Positions 50,377 through 60,837 of a stretch of 64,000 nt of DNA are shown in pieces. The DNA comes from an uncultured Acidobacteriota bacterium (lineage in GTDB: Bacteria > Acidobacteriota > Thermoanaerobaculia > UBA5066 > DATFVB01). Location of the stretch: positions 320,001 to 384,000 of the forward strand of contig CAWEYG010000001.1 of assembly GCA_963813155.1 (NCBI GenBank), in the 5' to 3' direction. The notes under the pieces were generated by a model that saw only the letters and a list, made by a program, of their open reading frames with translations, did not search any database and had not been told where the DNA came from. Both the position numbers and the translations under genes were made by a program. Each line of letters starts with the position of its first letter. The stretch's first letter is position 1.

Positions 50377-51603
50377 CTAGAAGTTGTACAGGGCCGAGAG
50401 GGCCCACTGGTTCGCTTTCGTCTCGATTTTTGCCGCGCTCGTCGTCAATTTGTCATGCATGTATTCCAGGCCGAGCGAGAACGGGCCCGCTCTCCAGCGC
50501 AACATGCCCGCGTACATGACGTTCTTCAAGCGCGCCGCAGCGCCGGCCGCGGCGATCGCGTCGCTGTCTTTCGGATCGTCCATTCCGTAGAAAGCGAAGG
50601 CGCCCCAGTTCGGCGTGAAGTCGTAGCCGGCCTGCAGCCACCCTCCCTGGCTTTGAATCTTGCCGAACTGCGTGATCGCGCCGAAGTTCTGGCCGATCGA
50701 GTGCCCGGTGTAGCCGCTGCCCTGAATCAGGAATCCGGCGACCGTGATCTTCGCCCCGACTTCGACGGCCGTTCCGTTCAACTTGTCGTGGGCGGTCGAA
50801 GCGCCGGCGCCCGAAAGATCTTTCTGGTCCACGTGGCCGGCCGCGTAAACGCCCCAGCTCATCGCATCCGTTTTTCCGCCGACGTTGAGGCGCGCTTCGA
50901 GCTGCGGCGTGCCCGCGTTGCCGGCGTTGTTGGAGTCGGTCGTCGTACCGGGAGGGGCCGACCAGCTGTTCGCCATGACGGCGACCTGAAGGTCCGCGTT
51001 CACCGGGGCGCCTTTCGGCGTCAGGTTCTGGTAGAGAAAGATGCCGGGGAATCGCCAGCCGATCACGCCCGCCGAGCCGTAGCCGAGCGGGAACGCGATG
51101 TGCGCGAGCGAGACGGGAACGAAGCACGCGGCTCCCTGGGGGCAGGCACCGAAGAGCAGGCCCCACTGTTGCCCGAATCGAACCGTCGTGCTTCCGTTGG
51201 TGAGGTCGACGTACCCGAGCCGCAAACGCGGTACCACCTGCTGTCCGGCGAAGGAGCCCGTGCCGTTGTTTCCCCCGAAGAAGTCCATCTCGATGGCGCC
51301 GCCGACCTTCCAGTCGGCAAACACTGTCGGCCCGTTGAGCGTCATGTTGAGGCGGGTGTTGCGAACGTCGCCGCCGTAGAACCAGCGGTCGACTTTCGTC
51401 TCCGGGACGACCGGGTACTCCGCGTTCTGGCCGTTGCCGAACGAGAAGTTCTGGTCCTGGGCGAAGGACGTTGCGCTGATGAACCCCTTGAACGTGATGC
51501 TCGCGTTGGGTCCGACCTGGACCGTTTGCGCCGACGCGACCGTCGTGGCGAGTACGGCGAGCGCGCAAGACAGGAAAACGACCTTGGCTGACACTTTGAA
51601 CAT
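50377..51603 (-). CDS. outer-membrane porin (DcaP-like)
   Basis: Signal peptide ending ASA; RNTRL, IEMDFFG, PRLRLGY, RFGQ.W motifs; C-terminal Phe (ALYNF). Confidence 0.8.
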   Translation of the reverse strand: MFKVSAKVVFLSCALAVLATTVASAQTVQVGPNASITFKGFISATSFAQDQNFSFGNGQNAEYPVVPETKVDRWFYGGDVRNTRLNMTLNGPTVFADWKVGGAIEMDFFGGNNGTGSFAGQQVVPRLRLGYVDLTNGSTTVRFGQQWGLLFGACPQGAACFVPVSLAHIAFPLGYGSAGVIGWRFPGIFLYQNLTPKGAPVNADLQVAVMANSWSAPPGTTTDSNNAGNAGTPQLEARLNVGGKTDAMSWGVYAAGHVDQKDLSGAGASTAHDKLNGTAVEVGAKITVAGFLIQGSGYTGHSIGQNFGAITQFGKIQSQGGWLQAGYDFTPNWGAFAFYGMDDPKDSDAIAAAGAAARLKNVMYAGMLRWRAGPFSLGLEYMHDKLTTSAAKIETKANQWALSALYNF

Positions 51604-51824
51604 GCGAGTCTCCTTTCCTCTTCTTCTTGCAATGATTTCGGCGTTCCGATTGATCGCAGGGGGGTGAGGTAACGGGGGCGGGCTGCTCATCCGTGAAAGG
51701 TCCGCCATAGGCCTTTCCTCCTTACTCGTCCCAGGCAGCCGAAACGCCTTCCCGTCGGGGGCAGGGATGCGGATGCATCTTCGTCAAGCCGCCCGGAACC
51801 GTTCGACAAAGCATACAGCGATTT

Positions 51825-53855
51825 TCAACTCATGGCATTCCGTGCGAGCTCCAGAACGTCGAAGGCGGGGGGGCCGGCGGCGATCTCCTCCTTCGCGTTC
51901 GCGATCATCACCATGCAGAACGGGCAGCTGACGCCGACCTTGTCGGTCTCCATAGCCGCGATGTCCTTCATGCGCGTCTGGTTAATCCGCTCCCCGAGCT
52001 TCTCTTCCATCCACATGCGGCCCCCGCCGGCGCCGCAGCAAAGGCCGTTCTCCTTCGACCGCTCCATCTCGCGCAGCCGGAGGCCCGGGATCGACTCCAG
52101 GATCTTGCGCGGCGCGTCGTAGACCTTGTTGTAGCGTCCCAGATAACACGGGTCGTGGAACGTGATCGTCTCCGGGAGCTCCTTGTCCAGAACGACTCTC
52201 CCCTGGGCCACCAGCTCCGCGACGAGCTCGGTTCCATGCACGACGTCGTAGTCGCCTCCGAACTGGGAATATTCGTTCTTCAGGCAGTTGAGGCAGTGGG
52301 GGCAGTTCGTGACGATCTTCTTCACCCCGTACCGGTTCACCGTCTCGATGTTCTGCTGTGCGAGCGTCTGAAAGAGGTACTCGTTGCCCATGCGGCGCGC
52401 CGAATCGCCGTTGCACGTTTCCTCGGTTCCCAGGATCGCGAACTTCACGCCGGCGGCGTTCAGGATCTCGACGAGAGACTTCGACACGCGCTTCGCGCGG
52501 TCTTCATAGGAACCCGCGCAACCGACCCAGAAGAGGTATTCGATGTCGCTTGCTTTCGCTTGGGCCATCGTGACGACGGGCAATTCGGCGGCCCAGTCGG
52601 CGCGGGAGGCGGCCGCGATCCCCCACGGGTTGCCATTGGTCTCCATGCCGCGGAACGCCGTCTGCATTTCCTTCGGAAATTCCGCCCGATCCAGAACGAG
52701 GTTCCGGCGCATCTCGATGATCTTGTCGACCGCCGGGACGATGAACACGGGACACGCGGCCGTGCAGAATCCGCAGGTCGTGCATGCCCAGATCGTGTCC
52801 TGGGAGATCCATCCGTCGATCAAAGGCCGCGCGGGCGGCTCGGCGTCTTCGGATCCACTTCCCCTTCCCGTCGCCTCGGCAAGCAGCCGGGGCGTCTCCG
52901 CGTAAAACGCGTCCCGAAAGACCCCGATGTGGACCTTCGGGTCGAGCGGCTTGTGCGTGAGCGCGGTCGGGCAGACTTCGCGGCAGCGGCCGCACTCCGT
53001 GCAGGTATACCCGTCGAGCAGCTGCTTCCAGGTGAAGTCCTCGATTTTGGACGCGCCGAAGCTCTCCGCGTTTTCGAGGTCGATCGACGCCAGCCGACCC
53101 ATCGGCTCGAGCTTCTGCAGAAAGATGTTCGGCACGGCGACGATGATGTGGAAGTGCTTGGAATACGGAAGATAGTTGCCGAAAAAAAAGATGTCGAGCA
53201 GGTGCAGCCACCAGCAGGCGGCGAAAAGCGACGCGATCGACGTCGCGGAGGCTCCCGAGAGAAGATGCGCGATCGGAGCCGTCGCCGGCGCCCACCAGCC
53301 CGCGCGCGAGGGGTCCAGCGCGATTCGCGCCGAATCGGCAAGGAGGTCGGTCACGATCAGAAAATCGATCAGGAAGAGAATCAGCCACGCGTCGACGGAC
53401 GGGTCGAGCCGCCGGGGCCGCGCGAAGAGACGCCGCCCGGCGGCCATCGCGACGCCGACGAACACGAGCAGCTCGACGATGTCCTTCAGAAAATTGTAAG
53501 CGTGGCCGGGAACCCCGGGGAGAACCTGGAATCGGGGCCAGAGCCCTTCGGCGACGAGCGCGGTGGTGCGAATCGCCAGCACAACGAAACCGCCGAAGAT
53601 CAGGATGTGGAACGTCCCGGCGTACGGATCCCGAAACATTCGAAGCTGAAGAAACGCGTATTCGATCGTCTTCCAGATTCGCGTCGGAATTCGATCGAAC
53701 CGGTTTTCCCATTTGCCGGCCGCCAGGGCCTGGAAGCGGCGCGACGCCGAATAGAGGAACGCGGCGGCCGACAATCCGACGAGAAGCCCGAAAAGTACCG
53801 TGCCCGGGACACCGAGGTAAGTCTGCGCCGTCGGCAGGGCTGAAGCAGATCTCAT
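51825..53855 (-). CDS. membrane Fe-S oxidoreductase (FadF/HdrD-like, CCG domains)
   Basis: TM region with YSKHFH; CTECGRCREVCP; CTTCGFC..ACP; WVGC, CPHC, HDPCYLGR, CCGAGGG, CPFC. Confidence 0.92.
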   Translation of the reverse strand: MRSASALPTAQTYLGVPGTVLFGLLVGLSAAAFLYSASRRFQALAAGKWENRFDRIPTRIWKTIEYAFLQLRMFRDPYAGTFHILIFGGFVVLAIRTTALVAEGLWPRFQVLPGVPGHAYNFLKDIVELLVFVGVAMAAGRRLFARPRRLDPSVDAWLILFLIDFLIVTDLLADSARIALDPSRAGWWAPATAPIAHLLSGASATSIASLFAACWWLHLLDIFFFGNYLPYSKHFHIIVAVPNIFLQKLEPMGRLASIDLENAESFGASKIEDFTWKQLLDGYTCTECGRCREVCPTALTHKPLDPKVHIGVFRDAFYAETPRLLAEATGRGSGSEDAEPPARPLIDGWISQDTIWACTTCGFCTAACPVFIVPAVDKIIEMRRNLVLDRAEFPKEMQTAFRGMETNGNPWGIAAASRADWAAELPVVTMAQAKASDIEYLFWVGCAGSYEDRAKRVSKSLVEILNAAGVKFAILGTEETCNGDSARRMGNEYLFQTLAQQNIETVNRYGVKKIVTNCPHCLNCLKNEYSQFGGDYDVVHGTELVAELVAQGRVVLDKELPETITFHDPCYLGRYNKVYDAPRKILESIPGLRLREMERSKENGLCCGAGGGRMWMEEKLGERINQTRMKDIAAMETDKVGVSCPFCMVMIANAKEEIAAGPPAFDVLELARNAMS

Positions 53856-53876
53856 GAAGCCGATCTTACCTTTCCG

Positions 53877-56397
53877 CTAGGCCGCCGCACCGGCTTCGAG
53901 CGCTCCGTCTTCGATCCAGTGCGCGAGGAGACGATAGATGCGGAACGAATCCACGAAAAAGTCGGTCTCGCACTCCGCGGGAGTCGCGCCCGCGCAGATC
54001 CGGCTCCAGACTCCCTGGAAAACCGTCGTGTCCTGCTCCTCTTCGAGCGGCGTCGGCGGCCTTCCGGTCGCGGCGAGCAGGGAACCCTCGGGAACGAGCG
54101 TCCGCGCCTGCCGGAGCTCGTCATAGCGCCGGCTGCCCTCGAAAATCAGCGGAACGACTTCGAGGACCACCCCGCCGTCCGTTGCGGCGGGCGAGCCCTC
54201 CCGCCGGGCCGAGAAAGCGAAGCTTCCGGGGACGGGATTCTCGAAAAGCTGGTAAACGGCGTCTTTTCCGCGCAGCACTCCCGCGCGGCAGCTTGCGATC
54301 CTCCCCTTTTCGAAGGCAATCGATGCGACGACGGCTCCCGCGCGATCCGTGATCGCGAGCTGTCCGCTGACCTCGCTTTGCGCGAGGTTCTGAAGAAGGC
54401 TCGGCAACCCGAAGAGCTCCAGGTCGCCCGAGAGACTCGGCGCCGGAGCGCTCTCCGCCGCCGGGGAAGGCGAGGCCGGCCCGGCCGCGAGCGCCGCCGA
54501 CGCCGCCCGCGCGAACGGCTGATCGGCATAATCCTCGACGATCTCCTGGAGCGCGCGCCGGACGTCCGCGGTGCGGGTCCCGGACAACGACTCGATCAGG
54601 TGCTCGATCTGCGCGGCGTTGCGCGTGAGAACGAGCCCGAAGACCTTGCGCGGAAGCTCTTTTCGCAGGACCGCCAGCAGCCGGGAAGCGGCGGCCGGCT
54701 CCCCGGTGAGATCGACGGCGGCGAGCTCCGCGAGGCGCGCCCGATTGTCGCCGAGCGCCGGATTCGGCGAGAGCCCGTGCTCGACGACTGCCGCAATCGC
54801 GTTTCGCGTCCCGATTCGGCAGAGAGCGGAGTAGACGCGGTCGAGAAGCGTCTGGAGATCTTCGGCGCTGTACCCTCCACCGGCCGGTTTCTGAAGGAGC
54901 GCTTCGAATTCTCTCGCGGCGGATACGAGAGCGGCGGAGCTGCTTTCGTGCCGGATCTGCGCGAGGTTCGCGATCGCGTCCTTGACGAGAAGGACGTGCA
55001 GGCCCGGCTTGAGCAATTGCCGCAAAAGCTCGATCTCCGGCTCCGCGGGAGAATCTTCCGGCCGCGGGATCCGGCGAAGAATGTTGAGCAGGTTGCGCTG
55101 GAAATACCAACCAGCCGCGCCCGCCGCCGGGTTGACCGGCTGCTGCAGCTTTTCGAAGGCGGCGCGCCGCGCCGCCGCGCCGTGGACCTGCAGGAGAGTC
55201 ACGAGCAGCCGGCGTCGTTCCCGCCGGTTCTCGATCTCCAGCTCCGTGAGGAGGCCTTCGGGAGAAAGCGCCGGAAAAAACACGAGCACCTTGCGAAGAA
55301 GCGACCTGCCGATTCGCGTCCTCGGCGAACGCCCGGAGCTTGTCCGGATCGAGCGACTCGTGCATCGAACGGCGAGCGAGGTCGACGCGGGTCGGGTCGA
55401 CTTTCTTCTCTGCGACGATCCGTTCTGCCAGCTCGAACATCGTCACGGCGCGTCCGAGCGCGCCCTCGTTGAACTGCTCGACGGCGGCTCGAACCATCTC
55501 GTGAAATCGCCGGCCTCCTTCCGCGGCATCGTCCGCGAGAGTCACGAGCCGGTGCATCGCCTCGAGCCCCGCGACGGGCTCCCGGGAACCGGCAGCTTTC
55601 CCGGCGGGAATCGGAATCGCCCAACCCGGGAGAGTCGCGCTCAACGAGCGGAACACCTGGTCCATCTGGGAGTCCATCCCGAGACCGCGCAGACGGGCCA
55701 GATAATGATCGAGCTCCGAACCGTCCTTCGAATGGCGGGCCGCGAGAGCGAGCATCTCCGAGAGGACCTCGCGGCGTTTCTCGGGCGAAGCCGCCTTGAG
55801 GGTCGCCCGCGGATCCTTCTTGGAAGGCTCCAGTCGGTCGAACAGGAGCGTGAAGCGTTTGAGCCCCTCGACGACGGCCTTCGAGACGTCGGGAGCGACG
55901 GCGGCCGGCGCAGCCGGGGAAACGCCGGCCGTAGGACGCCGGGCGCTCGCGAGCGGCGCTTCGCTTCCCGCCTGGCGGTGGAGAACCTGGACCGGGCCGC
56001 TCAGGATCGTCTCGGTCTTGCCGAGGCGCGACAGATTGCTCGCCAGGAGCGCCCGGTCCTCCTCCGGGCAGGCGAGCAGAAGAAACGCGCTCAACCGCTC
56101 GAGGTAGGGCCCGAGAGCCGCGTCGGAAATGAGCTTGTACTCCGCGAGAAGATGGATCTTCTTGAGCGCGTGGAAGTAGTAATCCGAAACGGGAGCCTGC
56201 GCGCCCCCGATCGAGTATTGCTCGGCCGCCCAGGCCTGAATTTCGTTGACGGCGAGCTCGGGAGGGTGGCGCAGAAGCACCTCGACCGAGTCGTGAACCA
56301 TCAGCGGAGCGATCTGATCGGAAAAATATCTCTGCAGCTCGAAGAGGCACTCGCGAACCTCCCAGCCGGCACCGCCTCCTTCTCCGGGGTTCTCCAT
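53877..56397 (-). CDS. large helical protein with C-terminal DUF4388 domain; apparent frameshift at ~55305
   Basis: N-half in ORF 54121..56559 (from MENPGE), continues SLLRKVLVFFP into ORF 53877..55289; LSGDLELFGLPSLLQNL..SGQL DUF4388 start. Confidence 0.75.
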
Positions 56398-56470
56398 ATC
56401 TTCCGAAGATTCTATCTCCCCCGATTCCGGGACTCGCAGAAAGGGCTTACGATCACGCGAGGAGACGGCG

Positions 56471-57558
56471 ATGAAATTCAAGACTGCGTTGTTGCTCCTG
56501 GCTATCGGAGCCGCGGGCTCCCTGCCGGAACCTGCCCGGGCGGCGATCCCCTCGGCCATCGAGAGCGACTTCGTTCTCCACGGCTTCCGCTTTTCGTCGG
56601 GAGAGACTCTGCCGGAGCTGCGGATCCACTACCGAACGCTGGGAGAACCGAGGCGCGACGCGGGCGGCACGGTCCGGAACGCGGTCCTCGTCCTCCACGG
56701 CACGACCGGCAGCGGGAAGCAGTTCCTGTCGGAGAACTTCGCGGGCGTCCTGTTCGGTCCCGGGCAGCTCCTCGACGCGAAGACGCACTTCCTCGTGCTT
56801 CCGGACGGAATCGGACACGGAGGCTCGAGCAAGCCGAGCGACGGCCTTCACGCCCGGTTTCCGCGCTACACCTACGACGACATGATCGAAGCGCAATACC
56901 GGCTCCTGACCGAGGGGCTCGGCGTGAATCACCTGGAGCTCGTGCTCGGCACTTCGATGGGGGGCATGCACGCGTGGGTCTGGGGCGAGAGCCATCCGGA
57001 CTTCATGGACGGCCTCGTGCCGCTGGCGAGCGTTCCGACTCAGATCGCCGGCCGCAACCGGATGTTGCGGAAGATGATCCTCGACGACATCCGCGACGAC
57101 CCGGGATGGCAGGGAGGCGATTACAAAACGCAGCCCCGGGGCCTCCGGAGCGCCGTCCAGGTGCTGCTCTTCCTGGTCTCGAGCCCGCTCCAGTGGCAGA
57201 AATCCGCGCCGACGCGCGACGCGGCGGACTCGCTTCCTCGACGGAACAGATGAAGACGAGATCAGAAGGCGTCGACGCAAACGACTTCCTTTACGCCTTC
57301 GACTCTTCCCGCGACTACGACCCGTCGAAAACTCTCGAAAAGATCACCGCTCCGGTGCTCGCGATCAATTCGGCCGACGACCAGGTCAATCCTCCCGAGC
57401 TCGGCCTCATGGAGAAACTGATCCGCCGGGTGCCCCGGGGCCGCTACGTCCTGATTCCGACGAGCGAACAGACGCGCGGCCACGGAACGCACTCCTACCC
57501 GACCGTCTGGGAAAGCTACCTGCGCGAGTTCCTCGCGAAGATCGCGCCGAATCGCTGA
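56471..57558 (+). CDS. secreted alpha/beta hydrolase (homoserine acetyltransferase-like), frameshift at ~57235
   Basis: Signal peptide; LHGTTGSG, PDGIGHG, GTSMGG; C-terminus (DANDFLY..NSADD..GHGTH) in the frame ending 57558. Confidence 0.85.
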
Positions 57559-57629
57559 AGGTCTATAATTCCGGCCATCCGGAAAATTCACTGGCGCAAG
57601 GCCGAACGGTCCGAGAAAGGAGACGGCAG

Positions 57630-59808
57630 ATGTTGACTGTCCATTCCAGGAGGCGGCATGGCATTTCCTTGTCCGGAATTGCCTTTGTCTTGTTGGCGGC
57701 CACTCCTCTTTTTGCAGCATTTGGCTCGACGGAGACATATCTTCCTGCCGTCGGGCGCGTGCCGGGGCAGGGAGGCGCGCAGTTCTACACGACGGTCTGG
57801 GCGACGAACCTGACGACGGCGCCGGAGACGTTCACCTTCCGGTTCCTGAAGCAGGGCCAGGCCAACGGCACGCCCGCTTCGTTCCAGGACACCCTGCAGC
57901 CCGGCGAGACGAAAGTCTACGAAAACGTCGTCGAGTCGAAGCTCGGGCTTGCCAACGCCATCGGCGCGGCACGTGTGACGTCGACCGGCCCGATCTTCGT
58001 CTCGGAGCGGATCTTCAATCAGGCGCCGGGAGCAGACCTGGGCGACACGGAAGGACTCTTCTTCGCGGGAGTCCCCCAGAGCTTCTCGATTTCGGCCGGG
58101 CAGTCCGCCTCGATCCAGGGGATCAACCAGGGCGGTTCCGAAAACTTCCGCTACAACTTCGCGCTCGTCGAGACCGGCGGCGGCTCGCCGACGGTCAACG
58201 TCCAGGTCTTCGACGGCAGCGGAACGCTGCTCGGGCAGAAGGCGTATCCCCTGCAGCCCTACGAGCAGATCCAGCCCAGCGTCGTCGACGTCGTGCCCTC
58301 GATCGCCACGACCAACGCGAGGGTCACGGCCACGGTCACCGGTGGGACAGGCTCCGTGCTGCTCGCCGGCGCGCAGCTGGCCAACATCTCTCAGGATTCC
58401 TCCGGCTTCGAGATGACCTTCCGCGACGAGCTGCTGGGCTCGGGAGGCGGCGGACTCACCGCCGTGATCCACGATTCCACTCTTCTCGGGAGCGGAACCG
58501 CCGCCTCTCCGCTCGCGATCAATCCGGGCGCGGTGGTGACATCGCTGAACGGCTCTCCACGGGGCCGTCACCCTCGCCGCAGGCTCGAACGTCACGATCA
58601 CGCCGTCGGGCTCGACGCTCACGATCGCGAGCACGGGCGGCGGCGCGGGCGGGTTGACGCTCCCGTTTACGGGCTCCTCGAGCACGACCCAGACGACGTT
58701 TGCCGTCTCGAACACCGGCGGCGGCCAGGCGATTGAAGCCGACTCGAATGCCTCCGGTTTTTACGTCTCGGCGAACCCGTTTGCGATAAAAGGCGTGAGT
58801 ACGGGAGACACGGGAACAGGAGTTTACGGCTCGACGCACGGGACGAGCGGCGAAGGCGGCTACACGGGCGTTTGGGGCGACTCACGCGATGCCACGGCGG
58901 TGACCGGTACCAGCCTCAACGATCGCGGCGTGCTGGGGATCACGAGCAACGCGGCGTCCGCCGGGGTCGAAGGCCTCAACCGGTCGTCGGGCGGTGCCGG
59001 CGTGCTCGGAAGAATCGGCAACGGGTCCGGGAAATCGTCGACCGCGGGAGTCTGGGGAGACTCCGACGCCAGCGGGGCCGGAGTCAGCGGAACTGGGAAC
59101 AGCGCGATCGGGGTCTACGGCAAGAGCACCGCCAACTGGGGAATCTATGGCGAGACGGGTGACGCTACGTACGCGGGGACGGCCGGGCTGAATACGGGCG
59201 GCGGCCCGGGCGTGTATGCCGAGAGCTCGAGCGGCTCTGGCATTTACGCGAAATCGGGCAGTGGAATCGCGGGCTACTTCTATTCCAATTCCTATGGCCC
59301 GGCCCTTTACGTTGACAACAACAACTCGACTTATGTCGTTGCGGATTTCGAGGGGCCCATCGATGTGAACGGCAACGTGGTCACGAGCGGCGCGGGCGCG
59401 GTGCGTCTCGACGATCCTCGCGACCCGTCGAATCAATCGATCACCCATACCTTCGTGGGCTCTTCCGAAATGAAGAACATCTACGATGGTGTCGCGGTAC
59501 TCGGCGCCTCCGGGACCGTTACGGTTGCCCTTCCGGACTGGTTCGACGTCTTGAACCGGGATTTCCGATACCAGTTGACTGCTCTCGGAACGCCTCAGGC
59601 GGGGCTCTTCGTTTCGCGAGAAATCATCGGAAACTCCTTCACCATCGCGGGGGGCGTGCCGGGAGCCCGTGTTTCATGGCAAGTGACCGGCGTCCGCAAG
59701 GACCGGTGGGCGCAGGATCACCCGGTTGTGGTCATTGAGAACAAGCATGGTGCGGTGTATCCCATGGCGCCATCAGTGAAGCCGCTCGGCGAGGGAAGGC
59801 AACCATGA
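57630..59808 (+). CDS. secreted modular surface protein with Gly-rich GVxG repeats; frameshift at ~58555
   Basis: Signal peptide; YLPAVGRVPGQGGAQFYTTVW module; VVTSLNG then frame switch to AVTLAAGSNVTITPSG; GVYG/GVWG repeats; C-terminal KNIYDG..LPDWF..LNRDFRYQLT. Confidence 0.75.
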
Positions 59809-59895
59809 TTCACCGAGCGAGCGAAGGCATCGTCGAGATGCTCGTCATGCTGCGGTGAGGGTGGAGGCCGCTGGCAGGCGGCCGATCCCGGAAAT

Positions 59896-60726
59896 CTAGA
59901 AGATCACAACCTCGTCGCCGACCTCGACGAGCGGATAGAGCGCGCGGATGTCCTCGTCGCTGAGACGGACGCAGCCGTGGGTAACCGGCCGGCCGATCGC
60001 GTCCGGCTCGTCGGTCCCGTGAATTCCGAAACCGCCTCCGAAATTGATCCGGTAGGCACCCAGGACGTTCTGAAATCGGCGCTGCGGCGTTCCGTAGGGA
60101 GGAATCACGATCGCGTCCCCCGCGAGAATCAACTTGCCGGGCGGAAGCTCGCGAACCGTCGATCCGGAAACCGCGACGACGCGGTCCCGGCGCACTTCGA
60201 TCTGCCGTGAGGCGGCCGCGCCGCCGTTGGCCGCCAGGGCCAGGCCGGTCTCGGACTCCATCGGAATGGGCCGGCCGGGCTGCAGGCGGACGGTCCGAAG
60301 GCCGCGCTTGCGCGCCTCTTCAATGAAGTACCAGTCGGGAGGGATCCAGACGGGGCGCTCTTCCTTCGACTGAACCAGGAAATCGCCCTTCGGCGTGACG
60401 AAGAGATGGTTCCCGTCGCCCGTCTTCAGGGAGGTCCCTTTGCCGGTCGCGCACCGGGCCTGGAAGACGACCTTTTCGCCGACCGTCACGAACAGGTTGT
60501 TCGTCGCCGTGTTGATGAGGACGAGCCGCCCCCGGCTCGACCCGGTCGCCGCCGAGCCCGGCGGCGGAGCCTCGCCGACCGCGGAAAACTCCGAGGCATC
60601 CGGCTGGAACAACTCCACGACTCCTCCCGATCCCGGGGACACCGCCTGTCCCAGCGCCGAGCCCGAGAGTGTGAGCGTGAGCCCGATGAGAAGAGAAATC
60701 CGCCCCGCGACGATCTGTTTTTCCAT
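59896..60726 (-). CDS. L,D-transpeptidase (YkuD family)
   Basis: Signal peptide; TPKGDF, PVWIPP, GIHGT..IGRPVTHGCVRL. Confidence 0.9.
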   Translation of the reverse strand: MEKQIVAGRISLLIGLTLTLSGSALGQAVSPGSGGVVELFQPDASEFSAVGEAPPPGSAATGSSRGRLVLINTATNNLFVTVGEKVVFQARCATGKGTSLKTGDGNHLFVTPKGDFLVQSKEERPVWIPPDWYFIEEARKRGLRTVRLQPGRPIPMESETGLALAANGGAAASRQIEVRRDRVVAVSGSTVRELPPGKLILAGDAIVIPPYGTPQRRFQNVLGAYRINFGGGFGIHGTDEPDAIGRPVTHGCVRLSDEDIRALYPLVEVGDEVVIF

Positions 60727-60837
60727 GGAAGTTCGCCCTCGACCAAAGCTCTGTTGCATTCGCGATGCCAAGAGGCGGGAGGGCCTGAAATGAGGGATTT
60801 CTGGGGCTCCCCAAAGCGTTTTGAAGACTGGAGGCTG

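Noticed and set aside
47580-50519. Long antisense and alternate-frame ORFs (also 13956..16343, 16699..19536, 37606..40143 and others)
   Set aside because: Arg/Pro/Gly-rich or antisense to clear genes; expected in high-GC DNA
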